From Catajapyx aquilonaris (Eukaryota): a stretch of 64,000 nt of DNA. A program made the position numbers and the translations under genes. The stretch's first letter is position 1; the number at the start of each line of letters is the position of its first letter. The stretch is taken from contig KZ537968.1 of NCBI GenBank assembly GCA_000934665.2, positions 1 to 64,000 of the forward strand, in the 5' to 3' direction. Under the pieces are notes generated by a model that did not search any database, was not told the DNA's origin, and saw only the letters and a program-made list of their open reading frames with translations. Of this stretch, positions 59,101-64,000 are shown piece after piece.

Positions 59101-62100
59101 GTATGACATCAGACGAGTGGTCAAAAATGTGAACTCCTATCATGCTGATGTCATCACAAGGCCTCCAGTGCAACCTGTTGCACTCATGCATACAAAAAAC
59201 CCACCACATTAATTACTCTCACCCACAAAACAAATCATAGCTGACTCATTGAGGGAAAAAAAAAGAAAAACAGGTCATAAATCCAGTAATGATTGAAGCC
59301 TGTCGACCACTGAAGTTGACCTCCATGCTTCTGTGTTTGGTCACCACCACGTGGGGTTAGTGTGCGTCAGAGATTGACTTTGCACAAGTCCCATTGCCTT
59401 AATTACATGAGTCATTAAAATGTGGAATTGGGTTAGGAGCCAATTGGTCAACTGCTTCAAAATCTGGGTCAAGAATGGAGGAGGGGCAAAAACTGGCTTG
59501 CAGATTTTGGGACAACCCCCCACCAAAAAGTCTAAAAAGTGTCCACTACTTAGGTGGCACCTCTGTTGTGATGAGAGGAGACAAATTGAGGAAACCCGCG
59601 TGTGGGAGGACCACCTGCTTGGGACCAACGATTTGCCAGGATTTACGAGCAGATAGCGTGTCCAGATGACGCAAGATGGGAAAACTTTTATCTCAAGACA
59701 CCCCCTTCTTTTTTTATAACAAAAAGTTGGTTGTCACGGCATTTTGGATCAGTTTTAGTACAGCTGAAAAAATATATAAAAAATGAATGCATTCTTTGGC
59801 ATGTGGCCTCAACACTAACAAAGCAAATTTGTCCTCTAATATTGGGCTGACATGTTAACGAGAGAATGACAAGGGTAAACTATAATTTTGCGGAATGTGG
59901 ACATTACTGACCCGAATTCTTTGATTGGTTCTTGTTGCCAATTATGGAGCATCTGAGTGTCACAAGTGTAAAAAAATAATAAATTGAGTTGTCGCATACA
60001 GTAGCCCACAAGGTGGATGATATAAAGTCATATGTCGTTGATATGTCATTGATTGATTGACATAACGTGACGGATGGCAGGAATGTCATACATTATCAGT
60101 AAGGGGGTGCACATTTTTTGACAGGCCATTGGAGTGTAATTTTGCATTTCAAACTCTCCCAACATTTTTATTGATTACAATTTAACAAAATTATGGACCA
60201 TCAAGTTGTAACCTATAGTAATGGCTCACGAGCCCCGTAAAACAGTTCTTGTTTCTTCGATATACACCCAGCATTTTAGTCACGCGGTATGACCTCAAGT
60301 TCACAATGGACACCGCAAGCTAACCGCTGGTTTGGATAATAGTCTCCTGTGTTTTGACAGCCCCTGGAGACCATGTTTGCACAGCTGTACCGACGAATCC
60401 CGTTGGAAAGCTCTTGAGGAACGTAACTCACGGCTTGGAAAACAATGGGTGACAATGATGGCCGGATTGAGACATTCCCGCAAATGGAGCCAGGTGTTTA
60501 ACTAATGATCACGACTTGTTTCAGGACGACTAATGGGGAAGAAAAGGAGGTGGGGTTTAGGCAAATGTGTAGAGGCACATATATACACACATGTGGGCAC
60601 CTCCCTGACAATTAGTCCCTTTTGCCCACAGGTGCCTTGGTTCGAAAGTCGCCTCATTCGCAGGCCGTAAACGTTAGGGGATCCAGAGAAGAAACGTGAG
60701 GTGAATTGTTGTATACAAAAGTGCGTGGGTGGGAGGGCAATTTTTGCGTAATGTTTTTGCACTTTTCACTGGCGGGTCAAGGCGGCCGATAGGGTGCAAA
60801 CTCTTGTTTTTTTCCAAATGGAATGATCAAAATTTGATCCTTCCATTTAAAAAAAAAAACACGAGTTAATGAGAAGCTACAAACCACAGCGTACCTTTTA
60901 ATAATTAAATGTCAATTTGAGGCCCACATATGTTATTTCATGAAAATATATTTGCGCCTTTTGTGAAAAGAGTGTAGATCAAATGTGATTGCGAAAATCC
61001 AATGGCGGTCATCGCTCTGTGAAGGAACGCGACACCGAAATAATCAAGATAGGAGGAGTTGTCCCCCTGGCTTTAGCGACACTCTTTGATTAGTACACCT
61101 TACAGGCGGCTAATTTGCCCGGGTGAGCACAGAACCTGATCTCGGCTCCTTTTGATTTCACAGGACAAGGTCGTAAGTGCTTGGAAAGGGCCATATTGGG
61201 TATAAATATGTCTTTGAAATACGAGGGCGATTATCCGAAAGGAAGAGAACGTCCCTCGGGAGCATTATAAATCTGTGGCCGGTCTTAATTGACGGTTGTC
61301 AGCTATTTTTTTTTGTCATTCCGCCAGTTCCAATTGGTACATTTGGAACTGCCCGTCTCTGTGTATGACCATAAAAGTGTCCCCGCAGTCAGATAGCAGA
61401 ATGAAAGTTGAATTAGAAGCCATCTTCTGCACGATCGCGAAAGGGTGTCTCTCTGGTCATTCGTAAGTGCAGGTTTTATTCGTTTTCGGATATAAAATGA
61501 TTTCTAATGGTACGTAAAGCCAGCACTTTGTCTACAACCATTTGCATGTGTTTGGAAGAAACGCGCCGTTATTAATAAACTATACAAATACAGGAGGCTA
61601 ATGGCCATAATTCAATTGTTGTGACAAAGCTGTAAAAGATGCTGGAAAAGCAATGACAAACACATGCGAGTCATTTTATGTGCAGCGTGAGAAATTAAAC
61701 AGGTTAGTATGCGTTTGAGCAGTTAATTTTTTTGCTATCTGATTAGCTGCTGTGGGTTTTCGTATATAGTGACACTGGGAATGCTGAATCAGCGTTCTGA
61801 ATGTGATTTACAGCCGTTGTTAAAAATGCCGCTGGGATGTTAGGAGTATATGTCAGTACTTGATTATCAAGAGGTATCAATAAATTGTTGTATTATTTCG
61901 AACAGAAAAATGTGGTCAAAAAAGCTTTAAAAAATTAATAGGAAGTGAATCATGTGGTGAATGCTTTACATTCTTGGCCAGAGGTTCTAAAAGTCCTGCG
62001 AAATCTGAGTGCATGCTGGCAAACTGTCACTTACCCTTCTCACAATTGCTTACAGTAGCTTACACACCTTCTCATTGTTACTTTGTGAAGAAGGTACAGG

Positions 62101-64000
62101 TGCTGCATTTCTCCTGAGGTTAGAAGCCGTCATTGTCTTTCGGCACATTTCTAAACAAGTTGTTCAGAGAAAGCTATTTAAATTGCAACGGCTCTTTTTT
62201 TAAGCGCTTCTTCTGCTACAGTCCGTTCTAGTTTATGGCGCTTTTAAATGAGACGCAGCGTTGAATGCACCCTTTTTGCTAAGCCAGACGGTAGAGCTGT
62301 TACTTCTGCATCAGTACCCAGATTTTGAAATATAGTTTCGCAGACAAACCCTGTTAGAGGCAAAGGACAAGCCTTAACAATTAGTGTCTGAGAACACCGT
62401 CCCCATCTATCTTTGGAGGTCCAGAAAATCGGGTTTTAAAAATGATTTGCGAGGTCTCGCCTAATTTTTTTTTTGTTACATTCTCTGTGTCTCCAAGAGC
62501 TGGTCCTTCCCTCCGATTTTATTCCGCGGGTATAATGCCAGGTAATTGCCAAGACCACGGCTGTCACCCATCCCTGCATCACAAATCCTCGTCCATCTTC
62601 GTCACAGATCACGCTGCGTTAGTTAGAGGAACCAGCCCTTTGGAACATATAAGGTGGAAAGAAAGTCACTCTCCCGCGACTGAAGGCCCTTTAATAATTC
62701 CTCGCTCGTTGTCGGTCCTTGCTTTAATGGCATATATCATTCGAGAGAGGGGACACTTTACATACAGGTAATATATATAGTGCGGTGGAATATATTCAGG
62801 GAGCAATTAAGGTTGGAGTGCTTTTGCATCTGTCGTTCTGGAATAACTTGATGGGTCCACCTCTTGTTTTTTTTATAAAATGGAAGTCCGAGCAACCAAT
62901 TACATCGCCGTAAAGTGGAATTAGAAGTTCTCTGTTTTTCCAACTTGGGCAGAGTATGTAAATAAGTGTGTGATTGGAATACACCGGTTTAGACAAACGT
63001 AAATATTGGGATTGACGCATGTGGTTTGAAGGGAGCAACATGCAGGATTACACGGGTGATGATAAAAATCGAGTTTGCGTTTTAAAAATGTTAAGTCCTT
63101 GTAGTGCGTATATAGCAGCTCTTTTGTTGTTACTACTTTAAAGTGGTTTCAATTAGCACCTGTGTGGACCAATAAAAGCGGTATGAACAATACACAGCTA
63201 CTATTGATGGACACAAATCACGGCTATTTTAGTACATATCAGTGATCACCGTTATTTTTTAAAAAAATCACTCTCTAGGCCCGCTGAATTGTGAGACAAT
63301 GAAAGATGCTTCAGTTACTTTATAGGTTTTCACCGACAGGTATTTTGAAGCGTGGGTATTATTGATGCATATAATATACCTGTACCATAAAACTGGTCCC
63401 AATAATGCCTTGATTTTTGGCAAATAGAATACTGGCAGTAAAATGAAGGGCGAGAAGCCAGTCAAACCAGAACCCCACGTCAATAATGGCACTCCAACAA
63501 TACCATAGATGGGAAATCGCGGCGAAGCGAAAGGAAAAAGCCAGGCCACGTCGCCTTGGACTCTCCAATGGGACTCCCAGGCATCAATACCTGCTGCAAA
63601 GCCCAATCCGCGGGTGCCCAAATTTCACTCAGGTGGTTGTTCTTGATGTCAATTTGCTCCAGATGCTATCGGCGGCGTTCAAATAACTCACGAGGGGCAC
63701 AGATTGCATCACTGGGAGTCAGTCTGGACATGCAGAGGTGTCGTTTTGGAGACAGCAAACGAGTTCTTGCCCCCCCTCTTTGTTGCACTGCCCCTGGGAC
63801 TGACTTGTGAGAGACCTCCTCGCATCCAGAGCTGCCCTTAAGGATCGCGAAGGGAAATTAAGGTCCATTAAACCGTCCGCCTTCATTGTTTTCGAAAACT
63901 CGTTTCTCTGCGCATGGTGATCGCGGTTAATTAAATTATCATTTTACAAGCGATGATGACAGGGCAGAGTTAGGTTCTAGCCATGTTTTCTCCTTGGCAT

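Noticed and set aside
59110..60131. Possible Tc1-like TIR pair (GTCAAAAATGTGAACTCC / GGGTGCACATTTTTTGAC)
   Set aside because: Short, degenerate match with no TA TSD or transposase remnant identified.

Overview
Eukaryotic, probably arthropod, genomic DNA: spliceosomal introns, tRNA-derived SINEs, MITEs and an N-gap at 2450-2475. The organism cannot be named from the sequence. Left to right the window holds: (1) the 3' part of a multi-exon Arg/Ser-rich, coiled-coil gene resembling Drosophila CG7065 (+, 460-8296); (2) a convergent 3-exon STK16 kinase (-, 12284-13517); (3) the main feature, a ~31 kb tandem array of 12 intact GNAT acetyltransferases of the insect arylalkylamine/dopamine N-acetyltransferase (iAANAT/Dat) type (14439-45840, orientation ++-------+++). 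All 12 have intronless coding sequences with a splice acceptor just before the ATG. They vary at catalytic and acetyl-CoA-binding residues (one has lost the general-base Glu), and there may be two decayed extra copies. (4) The final ~18 kb (46-64 kb) has no credible coding exon but contains a candidate CRE-rich promoter and first exon. Genes are numbered G1-G12 left to right. All calls are by eye; no searches were run.
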